Source: the human T2T-CHM13v2.0 reference genome, Homo sapiens. From it: a DNA stretch of 64,000 nt. The stretch lies in assembly GCF_009914755.1 (NCBI RefSeq), contig NC_060929.1. The stretch is one strand, 5' to 3'. The position numbers and the translations under genes were made by a program. Shown here in pieces: positions 14,401 to 28,005 of this stretch. The notes beneath the pieces are model-generated. The model was not told the DNA's origin, did not search any database, and saw only the letters and a program-made list of their open reading frames with translations. Position 1 is the stretch's first letter. Every line of letters starts with the position of its first letter.

Positions 14401-15338
14401 ACATGGATTAAATACTTAAATGTAAAACCCAGAACTATAAAAACCATAGAAGAACATCTAGGCAATGTCATTCGGAACATAGGCACACACAAAGATTTAT
14501 TGATGAAAACAGCAAAAGCAATGGCAACAAAGGCAAAAATTGACAAATTGAATTGAATTAAACTAAAGAGCTTCTGCACAGCAAAAGAAACTATCATCAG
14601 AGTAAATAGATAACCTAAAAAATGGAAGAATTTTTTTGCAATCTATCCATCTGACGAAGCTCTAAATACAGAGTCTACAAGAAACTTAAACAGATTTACA
14701 CGAAAAAAAACCTGACTCCATTAAGAAGTGGGTAAAAGATACGGACAGACACTTATCAAAAGAAGACATTTATGCTGAAAACAAAGATATGAAAAAATGC
14801 TCATCATCACTGATCATCAGAGAAATGCATACCAAAACCACAATGAGATACCATTTCACACCAATTAGAATGACAATTATTAAAATGTCAAAAAAACAAC
14901 AAATGTTGGTGAGGCTGCAAAGAAATAGAAATGCTTTTACACTGTCAGTGGGAATGTAAATTAGTTCAACCATTATGGAAAACAGTGTGGTGATTCCTCA
15001 AAGACCTCAAACCAGGAATACTATTTGACTGAGCAATTCCATTACTGGGTATATCCAGAGGAATATAAATTATTGAATTTTAAAGATACATGAATGCATA
15101 TGTTTATTGCAGCACTATTCACAATAGCAAAGACATGAATCAACCCAAATGCCCATCAATGATAGAGTACATAAAGAAAATGTGGTACATATACACCATG
15201 GCATACTATGCAACCATAAAAAGGAAAGAGATCATGTCCTTTGCAGAGACATTGATGGAGCTGAAGGTCATTGTTCTCAGCAAACTAATGCAGGAACAGA
15301 AAACCAAACATTGCATGTTTCTTACTTATAAGTGGTAG
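11470..15338 (+). pseudogene. L1 ORF2p remnant (endonuclease / reverse transcriptase / C-terminal domain)
   Basis: 'TGSNSHITSLTLNVTGLN' endonuclease start; RT motif FADD (tttgcagatgac at 13618); 'QPKCPSMIEYIKKMWYIYT' C-terminus; many disablements. Confidence 0.95.
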
Positions 15339-16289
15339 TGGAACAATAAGAACACATGGACACAGGGATGGTAACAACACACACTGAGGCCTGTTGGGGG
15401 TGTGTTGTGGGGAGGAAGAGCATCAGGAAAAATAGCTAATGCACGCTCGGTTTAATACTTAGGTGATGGAGTGATAAGTGCTGCAAAGCATCATGGCACA
15501 CGTTTTCCTACATAATAAACCTGCACATCCTGCACATGTACCCAGGAATGTAAAATAAAATAAAATTAAATTTAAAAAGCGATGCAGATATTTAAGCCAG
15601 TCTGAAATCTGAAATAAAAAGGTTAGTGTGTGTGTTTTAAGAAGTGCGATATTATAATGTTTGGATGTGGATAAAATGATCTAATATCAAGTTAAAATCA
15701 TGAGTTAGGAAACGACATCTTTAGGATGGAAGACAGCTATGGATCCAGACTGCAAGAAGAAACTAACCATAGGCAAGAGAAATAAAATACCTTCCAGCAT
15801 AAAAGGATTGAAGAGCAATGGGAGGGCTATAGGTCGAACTTCAGATTGTGTATTGGGAAGATGCATTAAATTCATTTAAATAGTATATTTTCTTGACAAC
15901 GGTATAAGGCAAGACAATCTACTATGTGTGAGGAAGAAGGTGTGTGGAAATTGAGAATAGAAGCTAAATAATCACTTCAGAATTTGATACATCAAATAAC
16001 AGAATGCGGGACATTGCTTAGTGTCCATTTGAGGTTTACAAATATGAATTTTAAATGAACTTATGTAAAAACATCATTGTTTTAAACGAGTATGAATGGG
16101 AATAGATACCACGGATTTATTTAGATATGCCTTTTATATCATTTCCAATAGTTTGTTAAAAGCATGCTAGTATCTTAGCTTCATTAAATATTTAATGATT
16201 CCACGTCTTATGATTTGAGGAGTGGCTATTTCCTTGTCTTATAAATTTTATGAAGTTCTTATTATCAATTTATATCAGTAATGACAATA

Positions 16290-16460
16290 ATTCCATAATG
16301 ATTACCAGGCAATATTATATTTTGCCTATATTTACCCAGTTAATTCACACAAGAAAAATATGAAGTAGGTACTATATCTTCTTGACAGATGAATAAGTAG
16401 AAATAAAAAGAGTTAAATAACTTTCTCAAAGTCATAGTTAGTAATTGTTGGAAGAATTAT
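16290..16460 (-). mobile_element. MIR fragment
   Basis: 'tatgaagtaggtactat...acagatgaataa...gagttaaataactttctcaaagtcata'. Confidence 0.65.
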
Positions 16461-17527
16461 GGCATGTTGACAAGTGGGCCAAAAAAATAATTGTTTTGAA
16501 CAAAATGTGATGTCCTCGTTCAGTGTTATGCAAATGTCTATCACATTTTGAATATCATGTGCCAAATAAACATGCTTGAAATAGGTAAGATATTTAACAA
16601 ATTTAAAGTATTTTTGGATTTTAAATCAACTGAAGAATTCTTAAGCAATAGCTTGCATGAAGACACAACATAAAACATTGAATAAATTAGCAAAGTTTCG
16701 GACTCCAGAGAAAAGAAAAAGGTAGCCATAGAGATTATGAAGGTCAGACCATTTAAGTTTCAAAACCAGTTTATTGAAAAAAAATTTAAAAACTGGAGTA
16801 AATAGTATGAATAGATTGGTAATGCTGTGAGCATGAGGAAACACTATTAAGGAAGATATAGTGATAGAATTTTGAATTTAAAGAAAGAAGGAAAAATGGT
16901 ACATAGTTATAATGTGAAAATACACCAGTAGAAAAGCTTATTCATACAGTTTTTAATAAATATTGCTGCTTTTCTAATCTGCTCATTCTTGATATTGGAT
17001 TCGTAGCTGCAGTTGGTATTTATGGATCTTCCAACTCCATAGTCATTATGTTAAAGTAGCTAAATATACTTTTATTTAAAATGCATGTAATTAACAAAAA
17101 TATATTGAGAAATCATTTACTATTAATACAATGCAGATGGCTAAATATATTTAATGTTCTTTTAAAATTAAGCACATTTGCATATATAGCAGATCACAAA
17201 TTCAATTGAGCGTGTTGCTAATATTAACTTGAATAACTTTACAAATTAGGTGATAGGCTTAGGGATGAATAATGGTGGTTTGTTGTTCTGATAACCATTT
17301 CGTTTTTGGCTTAATCCTTTTATAGCAGGTCTTTTTCTCAGGCCAGTGTGCATTTGAGTGGCTTGTTTTCTAGAATTTGAGCATTTATTGCCTACTTAAT
17401 ATAGCTCAATTTATTTTTGTGAGTAATTGGCTGAAATTTAAACTTTAAATGGTCTTCAAAGGATGTGTTTAGTCAAAAACCATTTATTCTGTTGATTTCT
17501 ACTTATTGGTACTGTGTTTCTTTGCTT

Positions 17528-17866
17528 AATGTAGTTAAGAGAACAAGAGCAGACTGTCTGGGGCTGAATCTAAAGTTCAGTAAATATTATTTGCATAATT
17601 TTGGATAACTTATTCTCCCATGAATCTAAGATATCATTCTTTGTAAGATATGTAAACATTAATTCAGAAATGTTTAAATTTGCAGAAAATATATCTCAAT
17701 AAACTGTGGCCTTTAGTATACTGAATTTTATCCTCTGTTAAAAAAAGACAGGGTGAGAGAGAAATAACGAGTGGAACTCCCTTTTAGGCTGGTTGAGAGG
17801 ATTAATGAGTTAATGTATGTAAAGTGCTTAGAAAAGTACCTAGTATATCATAAACAATAAATAAAA
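17528..17866 (+). mobile_element. MIR fragments
   Basis: 'gtagttaagag...agcagactgtctggg' and 'gaggattaatgagttaatgtatgtaaagtgcttagaa'. Confidence 0.7.
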
Positions 17867-19588
17867 GTCATTTTGTGGTTATTTGGTGATAGCTTCTCCT
17901 CATTTGTGCCATGTTCTAGCTCTCAGCTTTAATCTTCCGCTTCATTCTCCACTGTAAGCTCACTTCTGCAAATGCCTTTTTACAAAGTAGGACTGGCAGG
18001 TCCCTTATAATGGGATTGGAAGGCTCTGGAAAATGAGAGTAACATCTTCCAGCTCAATTCAAGTTGAAGAGGGGCATTCGATTTTCTAGAAATTTGTTCT
18101 GCTTACTCCCATTAAACATCCTCTTTCTTCAGGAAATTTTATGGGTTAATTGTTTCATTGCTTCCATATAATTATTTACAAAGCAAAGGCTTACAAGATA
18201 CAGACAAAATTATTTGGAATATGTTTTGTTTAAGAATTTTCCTGAAAACTCAGTTATAACTTTTTGTTAGAATATTTTGTTATATCTGTACTACATACAA
18301 AGAAAAGCAACTTTTATGAATAAATACATGTATACATTTAAATTAGATTAAGGAAATGTAATATCTAATATATTTTATTTAGTTTTGGTGATTTGGAGAA
18401 GAAAGCCAAATATATTTTTAAATTCATAATCTATTTTAAACTGAGAAAATCAAGTTTGGACTCTATCTCTAAAAACTTACTATCATTAGAAGTTCAAAAA
18501 TTTAAAAAAAACTAAAACATAGAAACATTTCTCAGAATTGTCTTAATTAGTATTAAATTATTTTCAATTTATTAAATAGAAATTAGTCTTTATTTATTTA
18601 CTATGCATTCAAAATATGTATGCCCACATTATTAGATGCTATGATTCCTTCAGTTATGCTTATATATAGGAAATTGCATACAATTCCATATTTTAAAGCC
18701 ATCTTGTTTCGTATTTAACAAAATGCAATATAAATTAGTCCAACTTGAATTTTTTAAATCCTGCTTTTTAAAATGTTGTGGGTTTAAATGAAGGTTTTCT
18801 TATTGCTTAGATTATCTACAGCAACTGAGCCAAAGTTATCTAACCAAGATTTATTGTTCAGTTACACGATGAAATGACAAGATTTAATATCACTAAATAA
18901 ATACTAGGGGTCAGGATAAGAATATAATACAGTTGTAGGTATTACCAATTGTAAAGAAGGTCAACCATTAATCCATATTAAACAGAAAACAAAATTATCC
19001 TAAATTTGATAGTATGAAGTTAAACTAACTTAAATAAATTAGAAGATATACTAGATTTAAAGGAAAATGATTGTTTTTGAATTTTAGGACTGGGTTATAT
19101 TGAACAAGCTGAGTCATTTGCATATTTTTGAAAAAATTAAATAAATTATAAACCAACAATCAAACTACAAATATGGACATGTGCAAAATCTGTGTTAGGT
19201 GTCGTTAGTGCACATTTGGAATAATTTGTGTTTGTGTTTTTAAATACAACCTAAAATTCAGGGTTTGCTGGTGGGCAATTTTTGTTGTTGTTGTATTTTT
19301 ATTGTGGGAAAGAGTTTTAATACAAAAGTTAACATTAAGTATAAAACCAATATTTCTTCAATGTGACAAGTGTCTTAGAGAAATGTTTCTTGTACTTAAA
19401 GATTTTATTCAACAGTAAACTTATAAAAATAACTTATTTTAATGGTGAAGACATTACAAACATAGGACAAAAAATATAAGCAAAATTTACTTGAAGACAT
19501 TGCACTACTTGTATTGGTTTCATTGATATATTTTTCTTGAGTAGCTATATAATACATTACAACAAGATTAAATTTCAGGTTAAATTAA

Positions 19589-19914
<326 letters not shown>

Positions 19915-22900
19915 AGCAAACCCCAATCTTTATAGAAAGGCTAGTTGCATATAGATTTACTGGCAAAAAGAAAATAAAATCCAATATTATATCAAAATGT
20001 AATTATTTAAATTAAGCTAAAAATTCTGAAAGATAATATCTTCCAAGACTCAATTATTCACTGCCTTTTCTTCATCAGGACCAAAAATAAATTGGTTTTG
20101 ATCAGTCAGGAGTCTGACAAAAATGGTACCAGGCTCATTTCTCAGTGAGCTTTCAGTTGATTTGTACATTTCACGATCCCCTCAACAAAGGCTGAAGAGC
20201 AATGTATGTGTTTCCCTTCTAAGAATGGTGCCTCAAATAAGTAGAAGCCCTGCGAAAGCATCAGTATAGACATATGTTTGTAAAACACATCCCAGAAAAT
20301 AAATCAATAGATTATTTTAGACATTGGCCTCCTTCCTTACCTCTTCCCTTATTTTGGTGTTCCTATACATTGCCCTAAAGATTTGATACAAGCTTTGCAC
20401 TAGGACTAGCTTAAAACAGTAAACATTTAATTCCTTTCTAGATGTTTCAACTAAGTATTATTGACAGAGTTTGACTTCATTAAGACTGGGATGTTACAGT
20501 GGTATATAAATTCGAACGTTTCATACACCAATATATAGAAAGGATATAACATCTTTTTAAAAACTGAACTTACTCTGAAAGTGAGACTGGCCAATCCATT
20601 CATATTCCATAGAACTAGTGATACTCTGATACCAGTGAATTTTGACATAAAATACAATTAAAGTTGCCTTAAGTTTTATATAGAGAATATTTTGAAAAAG
20701 GTGATATAAAGTCCATTTAAAATACAGAATATAATGTAAATTTGAAAGAATAATGGTAACCATATTTATAGAATGCTATAATGTTACTGTGTACATCATT
20801 CTTAGTAAAGTTTATTCTTATTAATAATTTTTGTATAATAATGTACATGAAAATATTTTCATGAATTGCTACTTATTTCATTGTTGATATTCTTGTAGGT
20901 ACTCAAAACTAACAGATTGTCACATAAAGACATTCAATACCTATTGGATAAATGAATTACTAAATGAATACTTGGACATTATTTTTACCCTATATAAGAA
21001 AATTCTCAGCATAGGAGAAAATAGGTAAAAAATAATTTATTGCATACCTAATCTTGTTTCTAAGTCTGTCTTTACCCCTTTGCACCTAAAATTATTTTCG
21101 TCTATTTTTTTCTCTTGGTTTTACCAGCATTTTCAAAGTACGTGGAATATTTATTTAAAGTTTATGTGGAATATTTATTCTTTAGTGTGCTAAATAAATT
21201 TTACCAGCTAAAAGTCATATTTATCAAATATGTTTGCAATATTCAGGGTTTGTTTTTAATGTAATTTTTGTGATCTCAGAAATTTGATTAAAGTGCAGAT
21301 ACAGAAACTATGACAGGTAATATCACATGTAACCTAAGTTCCCCAACTATAACCACTGCTAGTAGATTTTCTCTTTTTCTTATTTGTTTGCTCATTATCT
21401 GTACATTTCTTTGCATCGTACTCAACTTATAAGTTACTTACAGTGCTTGCAAGAACAAAGGAAAATGCTAGGCTAAACGGCAAATAAAAGTGGAAATTAA
21501 ACAATAACTAAAAAAAATACATGAAAACATACGCTCTTAGATCATGTATAATTTTTAGACTTGTTCTACTAAGTCAGCTACAAGATTCTTTCTGACACAG
21601 AAAAATAATCACAATCAGTTACAATAAGAAAAATTAGTTAAATACAAAATATCTTGAGAAGCTCATATTTTCAAGACAATGGAAGTTAAGAATAATTTTT
21701 TTTCTTATAGAGTCTCATGAAAAAGAGAGAAAATATCAACAAGATCTCTAAAATATGTTCCATATTAAAAGTCTCATGACTATCTTTTATAATACTCAAA
21801 ATATAACCTTAGATATCAAGATTGAACTAATAGAATATCTGACAGATTAATAAAGTATAGTGTTCTTGTATGATATTTTATGATTTTCAGGTTCTATCCA
21901 ATTATATTATTTCACTAGTTCAAATATTAAATATAACTTAAAAATACTAAATTATGTTCTATTAAATTGACTATAACTTATTAACTTCCACTACTCTACT
22001 AGAGCTGTTTAATATTATTCTGGATGCCATATTTGTTCAAAGGGTCTAGGATGACACTGGGGGTGATTTTACTATTAAAATTATCACCTTTTATTCACCC
22101 AATGATGCTGCCATACACTGGAAAAATAAAAAGATGTCTGAACTGTATTTTTTAAATTCTGAGTATAATATAGAGAGCATAACAAAAGCTTATAACTTAT
22201 TTCCACATATTTTTACTGTTCAGCTGTATAAAAACCATATGCAAAAAATGCTGGAAAATGTCTTTCAAATATTTTCTGTTATTTTATTTTAATTTTTGCT
22301 TTCATGATGACCGTATAGGTTTTTAACTCAGAATGTTATTGTAATGAGAAATAACAGTCATCACCCTTATGCGTCAACTGAAAGTTGATACTAATTTGGC
22401 ATTTGGAGTGAAAGAATGATAGCTACAGGAGCAGCTACATCCTATACAGTCATCTGTAGTCTCTTAAAGACTTTAACATCAGGTCTTGATCAGAAGCTGG
22501 CATTTTTAAAGGTCATCTGGCTTCTCAGTGCTAGTCAATTACTGAACAAGAGAGTACCACTGACAGTTAAACACTCTGCAGAATTAGCTAAAGCACTACA
22601 GAAAGACACCAAGCACTTCTTACAGAAATATTCTGCATACATTTCAGAAAATCCCCCTGGTATTTTCAAATCAACTTATGTTCAGCTGTACATAAACAAT
22701 TCTATTTCTGTCTCCAAAGAAATTCTCAAACTACAGGTTGTAGAAAATGGTCAGAATTTCAATCGTTATTTCTGTTTTGAGGTCCTGATTTGGAATTCTT
22801 CTTTTAATGCTTTCTTACAATAATATTTTGAGATAATATCCTTAAAAATGAACTGAGTTCTATGGTAATAATATTACGTAAAAAATATAATCTATTTTCG

Positions 22901-22963
22901 CATACATACGTAGGTAGTATCCAAGATACTACGGTGAAGCCTACATAGACTATAAACCCATCA

Positions 22964-23083
22964 CTAGACTACAATCTTTATGAGTGTATATTTTTTGTCA
23001 GTTTTGTTCAGTGCCATATGTCCAGTGCCTAGATCAATGCCTGGCTTTGAATAGTTAATAAATATCAATTGAAGTGAAGAATA
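22964..23083 (+). mobile_element. L2 3' end
   Basis: 'ctagactacaatctttatgag...ttgttcagtgc...ccagtgcctaga...aataaatat'. Confidence 0.7.
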
Positions 23084-23457
23084 AAAAAAAAAGGAGAAAA
23101 AAATAGAATTGGCTATCTTTTCAATATCTAGTTATTGAGCAACCAGAATAAACATAATTATGAGGTAAGCATTGATATTTAGGAGGTGGCGCTTATGTAA
23201 TGAAAAGAACACAAACTATGGGGTTTGAAGAGAGCTTTTTACATGTTTAAGACATCTAGCTTGTTTCTGAGCTCTGAATTAAAACAGTTTGGGTGAGAAT
23301 TCCAATTCTAACTGCAACTTGTTGAATGGCTGTGTATAAAAGATTTTCTTGTCCACAAGGTTTTCAAATAAAAGGCAAAGGTAAAATTATTAAATACTTA
23401 CCTCCTTGGTTTAACCTGAAGATTTAATGAGGTAATAGAATAAAAATATTTGTCACC

Positions 23458-23906
23458 TACTGTGGGTTGAGTTGTGTCTCCCTAAAAGACATGTTCAATT
23501 TCTAACCTCTGATCCTCTGGTACCTGTGAATATGAGCTTATTTGAGATAGATTCTTTGTACATATAATAAAGTTAAGATGAAATCATATAGGAATAGGGT
23601 AAGCCCTCAATACACTAACAGGTACCCTTATAAGAGGACAGGACACAAAGAGAAATAGGGTAGAAGTCTATGTGAAGATGGAGGCAGAATGTGGAGTGAT
23701 GCAGCTGTATCCAAGGAATGCCAAGAGCCACCAGAACCTACGAGAAGGCAAAGAAGGAGTCCTTCCTGGAGACTTTGCAGAGGTCATGGCCCTTCTGACA
23801 CCTTTGTTTTAAAATTCTTGCTTCCAGAACTCAGGAAAATAAGTTTATGTTGTATTAGCTACCCAGTTTGTGGTAATTTATAGGGCAGCTCTAGGAAAAT
23901 AATACA
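23458..23906 (+). mobile_element. MLT1B/C MaLR solo LTR inserted in a MIR
   Basis: 'gggttgagttgtgtctccctaaaaga...gaagatggaggcaga...ctaggaaaataataca'; MIR-like sequence on both flanks. Confidence 0.9.
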
Positions 23907-24075
23907 GTGTAGTTAAAGTTCAATAAATATTATCTATTTATAAAATATTATCACTCCATGACATTATTTTCTCATTAAAAATGAAACATAATAACATCTA
24001 ACTTGCTATATTAATGTCAGAATGTTTTAAAAATATGTTATCAACTGCTCTCTTGTACTGATCTCTGATAGATGT

Positions 24076-24255
24076 TGATATAGTTTGGCTCTGTGTCGCT
24101 GCCCAAATCTGATGTTGAATTGTAAGCCCCAATTTTGGGGGAAGGGCCTGGTAGGAGGTGTTTGGATCACGGGGGAGGATTTTCCCTTTGCTGTTCTTGT
24201 GATAGTGAATGAGTTCCCATGAGATCTGATTGTTTGAAAGTGTGTAGCTTGTCCC

Positions 24256-24293
<38 letters not shown>

Positions 24294-24491
24294 CTGCCAG
24301 CCATGTGAATATGTGCTTGCTTCCCCTTCACCTTCTGCCATGATTGCAAGTTTCCTGAGGTCTCCCCAGAAGTAGAATTGTTTTTGAGTTCTGTACAGCC
24401 TGCAGAACCTTAAGCCAATTAAATCTATTTTATTTATAAATTACCCAGTTTCAGGTATGTCTGTTTAGCATTGTGAGAACAGAATAAGACA
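24076..24491 (+). mobile_element. MSTA solo LTR with internal (CT)n
   Basis: TGATA...GACA termini; 'ctgtacagcctgcagaacc'; TSD gatgt/ggtgt. Confidence 0.92.
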
Positions 24492-25125
24492 GGTGTTATC
24501 ATGAGAACATATTTTAACTGTAGATTTTATAAAATAAATATTTTTGAGGAGTAGGTCTTGTAAGAGCATGTATCCATGTGCAATGGAGATAAATACTTAC
24601 CAAAAGGCAAATCACTGTATATTTTAATCAGTATCTTAGAAAACTTGTTGTACCATTTTGTGCATGAGTGCCTTAATAAATATTATCTGATAAATCTCAC
24701 TGATATAAGTGGTACTAAACATTTTTCTTTTAGTATTTTTGAGGCTAATATTATTAGCATGAGAGATTATGGAGGAAAAACAGCTTAAAGCAAATACAAA
24801 CATTCAAAATTATGCGGACTATGAAACTTTAAAGTAAAGCATGTAATTTATTTTTCCCCTATGTTTGATATCTAGCAGAAAAAAAAATCCAACTGAATTA
24901 AGAATGGTAATCCAGATAGATGACTGTCCTTTTGGCCCCAGATGGCTCTGACATAAAACTCATCCCTTCATTGGCTTCCAAACAGCATCTAATAATAGCA
25001 GTATAATTGGTTTTTTATAATTTTATTCAAGATATGTGGGGTTACAAGAAGGGTCAAATTGCATTGTACACTGAATACTGCATTTTATTTGAATAATTCC
25101 ATTGTCATTGTTTTTTCTCTAATTT

Positions 25126-25126
25126 G

Positions 25127-25165
<39 letters not shown>

Positions 25166-25168
25166 TTT
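25126..25168. repeat. (TTTA)n microsatellite
   Basis: Direct reading of the sequence. Confidence 0.95.
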
Positions 25169-26062
25169 CTGGCTGCTCTTACCCATGTAACACCCAGCCC
25201 TCTGGCTTTCTTTCTTTCTTCCAGGGAAAGTGCACCTGGCTCCTTTCAGTTCCATTAAATTGACCTTTGATTAAGTAAAACAATTAGTCTGTTTTTCTGT
25301 TACTTCTATAAGCGAGTATTTCAATACCTAAAGGTTTTTAGCAAGAAAAAGTCTTAACATATATTTGGCACAACTTCACATCCTCACTTAGAACTCACTG
25401 TCTCTTTCACATCCTTCCAGATTATTTTAAGAATAAAATCACAATCATGTTTAAACTTTACCTTGCTCTATTTCTTTAACTCTAAAAGAAAACTCTTTTT
25501 ACATACTCTGTGATACAAATACAGTACCTTAGAAAGGAAAACAGGCTTACAGTATAATTTCTAACTAATTATCAATCTGAAATCATAGGATGTAAATGGT
25601 GCCTACTATCAGGATCTTTCTTTCTCTTCTCAAATATATTTCTATTTATCTGAGAAACTGATAACAAATTTTGTCAAACACACAAAATAAAAAGAAAAGA
25701 TGCTTACGTATCTAGCCTCTGCCTTGATATATATTGATTTTCTAGGTACCTTAAAATAGAGTTAAGATTCAGCACACATCTAGAGAAAATCTGCTCCAAG
25801 GGGCAATGTATTGGGAAGCTACAGAAATAGGGTTAAGTAAAGCTCTCAGTGAGCTCACAAACAGTGAGAGGACAGACACGTATGTAATTAAGCAACAAAC
25901 AAATGATACATGTGCCGTTAGAGGACTCCAAAATCAAAAGTTGTTTTTCAAAACATGGTTGCACTACTCACATTCTGATACCAAGTAATTTTCTTAACAT
26001 CTTTGTGCCTTAGTTTGTTATATATGAAAATGGAGTCCTAATAACACTCAACTCAGAGGGAG

Positions 26063-26305
26063 GTTACAGTTACATAGGAGGACTTAGTTCTGGTGTTGCA
26101 CCATAGGGTGACTACAGTTGACAATAATGTATTTTTATTTCCTAGCTAAGAAAGAGGATTTTGAATGTTCTCATCACAAAAAATGACAAGTATTTGAGGT
26201 GATGGATATGCTAATTACCCTGATTTGATTATTACCCAATGTATACATGTATTGAAACATCGCACTGTACCCACAAATATCTAAAACTATGAATCAATTA
26301 AAACC
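26063..26305 (+). mobile_element. L1MA4/5-type 3' end
   Basis: 'gaggattttgaatgttctcatcacaaa...tgaggtgatggatatgctaattaccctgatttga'. Confidence 0.85.
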
Positions 26306-26799
26306 ATGAATCAGTTAAAACCAAAATAGAACTTCAAAAAATGATACAATTCCTATAAAACTCTTTGATTCCTGTGTGGTACATTTTAAGTACAAAAATA
26401 CATGTTTGTTCTTATTAATGCTGTTATTCATATGAGAATGAATAAATACAATTTGAACCAATTTTTTCTCTTCTAAAACTTGAATGTCTTCCTTTTCTTT
26501 GTTCTCAGCTGATACCCTTCGCATTTATATTATGACGATATTAAGGAAGGAAGATGCCAATGCTTTTAATTTTTCAAAATTACAAAAAATAATAAGTGTG
26601 CATACTTGAACTGCAGTTGCACCATATTCTCCACTTTTTCTCCTCTTATAAAGAAAAAGCATATATTTTCTAATTCAAGACCAAATCCTAGCCCCTTATT
26701 ATGTAAAGTACAATTGAAGAGCAAAATTTCCCCAGCTCAACCATTTCAGGTAAATTTAATCAGAATGTTCAGTATTTCTCCAACTTTCATGAATTACGT

Positions 26800-26933
26800 A
26801 TGAATTCCTGGGAATCTTGTTAAAATGCAGATTCTGATTTCGTAGGTCAGGGATGGGGATAGTTTTTGTTTTTCTAACAATCTTCCAGAAGCTGATAATG
26901 CTGCTGGTTCATGGACCACATTTTCCTTAGCAA
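26800..26933. mobile_element. MER5A/B hAT DNA transposon fragment
   Basis: 'cttgttaaaatgcagattctgatt...gctgctggttcatggaccaca'. Confidence 0.8.
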
Positions 26934-27262
26934 GAACCTCACAGATAGATTCCTGTATCCCACAAGGATTCCTTCTTTTTTGTAACACTTTTCATGCAGT
27001 GTAACATACTTTCCCTACGCGATAGATCAATTATAACTTTACAACTATTCTGGTCTGTCTTTCGTAAAGTAATATTTCCCCACCTAATTTTCAATGTTCT
27101 GCCAAACTGGTACTCTCTTAATTTGTAAATGTGACAGGCTATTTTCCTCCCTGGAGACTTTATCCATGTATTTTCCTATTACCAGAAGAATACACTCTAG
27201 CTTAATCTCTGTTGTGTCCTTAAGTGTTTGATTCCTTCTATTTTTATGTCTCACCATGTCAC

Positions 27263-27634
27263 TGATATGATTTAGCTTTGTGTCCCCACCCAAATCTCAT
27301 CTCCAATTATAATCCCCACATGCCGAGGGAGGGACTTGGTGGGAGGTGATTGGATTATGAGGGCGATTTTCCCCATGCTGTTTTCATTATAGTGAGTGAG
27401 TTCTCAAGAGACCTGATGGTTTAAAAGTATTAGGCAATACCCCCTTTTCTCTCTCTCTCTCTCTCTTGCTCCACCTTGGTAATAAGTGCCTTGCTTTCCC
27501 TTCACCTTGTACCATGATTGTAGGTTTCCTGAGGCATCACCACCCATGTGCAACTGTGAGTCAATTAAACCTCTTCTATAAATTACCCAACCTCAGGCAG
27601 TTCTTTATAGCTGCGCAAAAAATGGACTAACACA
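27263..27634 (+). mobile_element. THE1D solo LTR
   Basis: TGATATG...AACACA termini; 'gtccccacccaaatctcatct'; TSD gtcac/gtcat. Confidence 0.92.
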
Positions 27635-27699
27635 GTCATGTCTTTGAAGAGCCCTTTAAGAATATCCAAAGAAAAGCAATCCAGCATATACTTGTTATG

Positions 27700-27982
27700 G
27701 AGATGGAGTTTCGCTCTTGTCACCTAGGCTGGAGTGCAATGGCGGCATCTTGGCTTACTGCAACCTCCGCCTCCAGAGTTCAAGAGATTCTCTGGCCTCA
27801 GCCTCAAAAACAGCTGGGATTACAGGTGCCCGCCACCTTGCCAGGCAAATTTTTGTATTTTTAGTAGAGACGGAGTGTCATCATGTTGGCCAGGCGGCTC
27901 TCAAACTCCTGGGCTCAAGTGATCCACCCATGTCGCCCTCCTAAAGTGCTGGGATTACAGGTGTGAGCCACCATGCCAGGCC
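27700..27982 (-). mobile_element. AluS-like SINE lacking a poly(A) tail
   Basis: Full dimer body; no T-run at the 3' end. Confidence 0.92.
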
Positions 27983-28005
27983 CAACCCTCTGTTTTCTTT
28001 GTTGC

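Larger units (their letters stand above)
9212..15578 (+). mobile_element. Full-length decayed L1PA8-L1PA10-type LINE-1 (~6.4 kb)
   Basis: 5'UTR 'caagacgaccaattag...gaggtatccaggtcctctcactggga'; ORF1 and ORF2 remnants; 3'UTR 'gagcatcaggaaaaatagctaatgca...cctgcacatgtaccc'; A-rich tail. Confidence 0.95.

Noticed and set aside
22416-22823. 135-aa ORF in apparently unique sequence
   Set aside because: No recognisable domain, exon structure or promoter; this length can occur by chance in 64 kb. PhyloCSF or Ribo-seq would be needed to revive it
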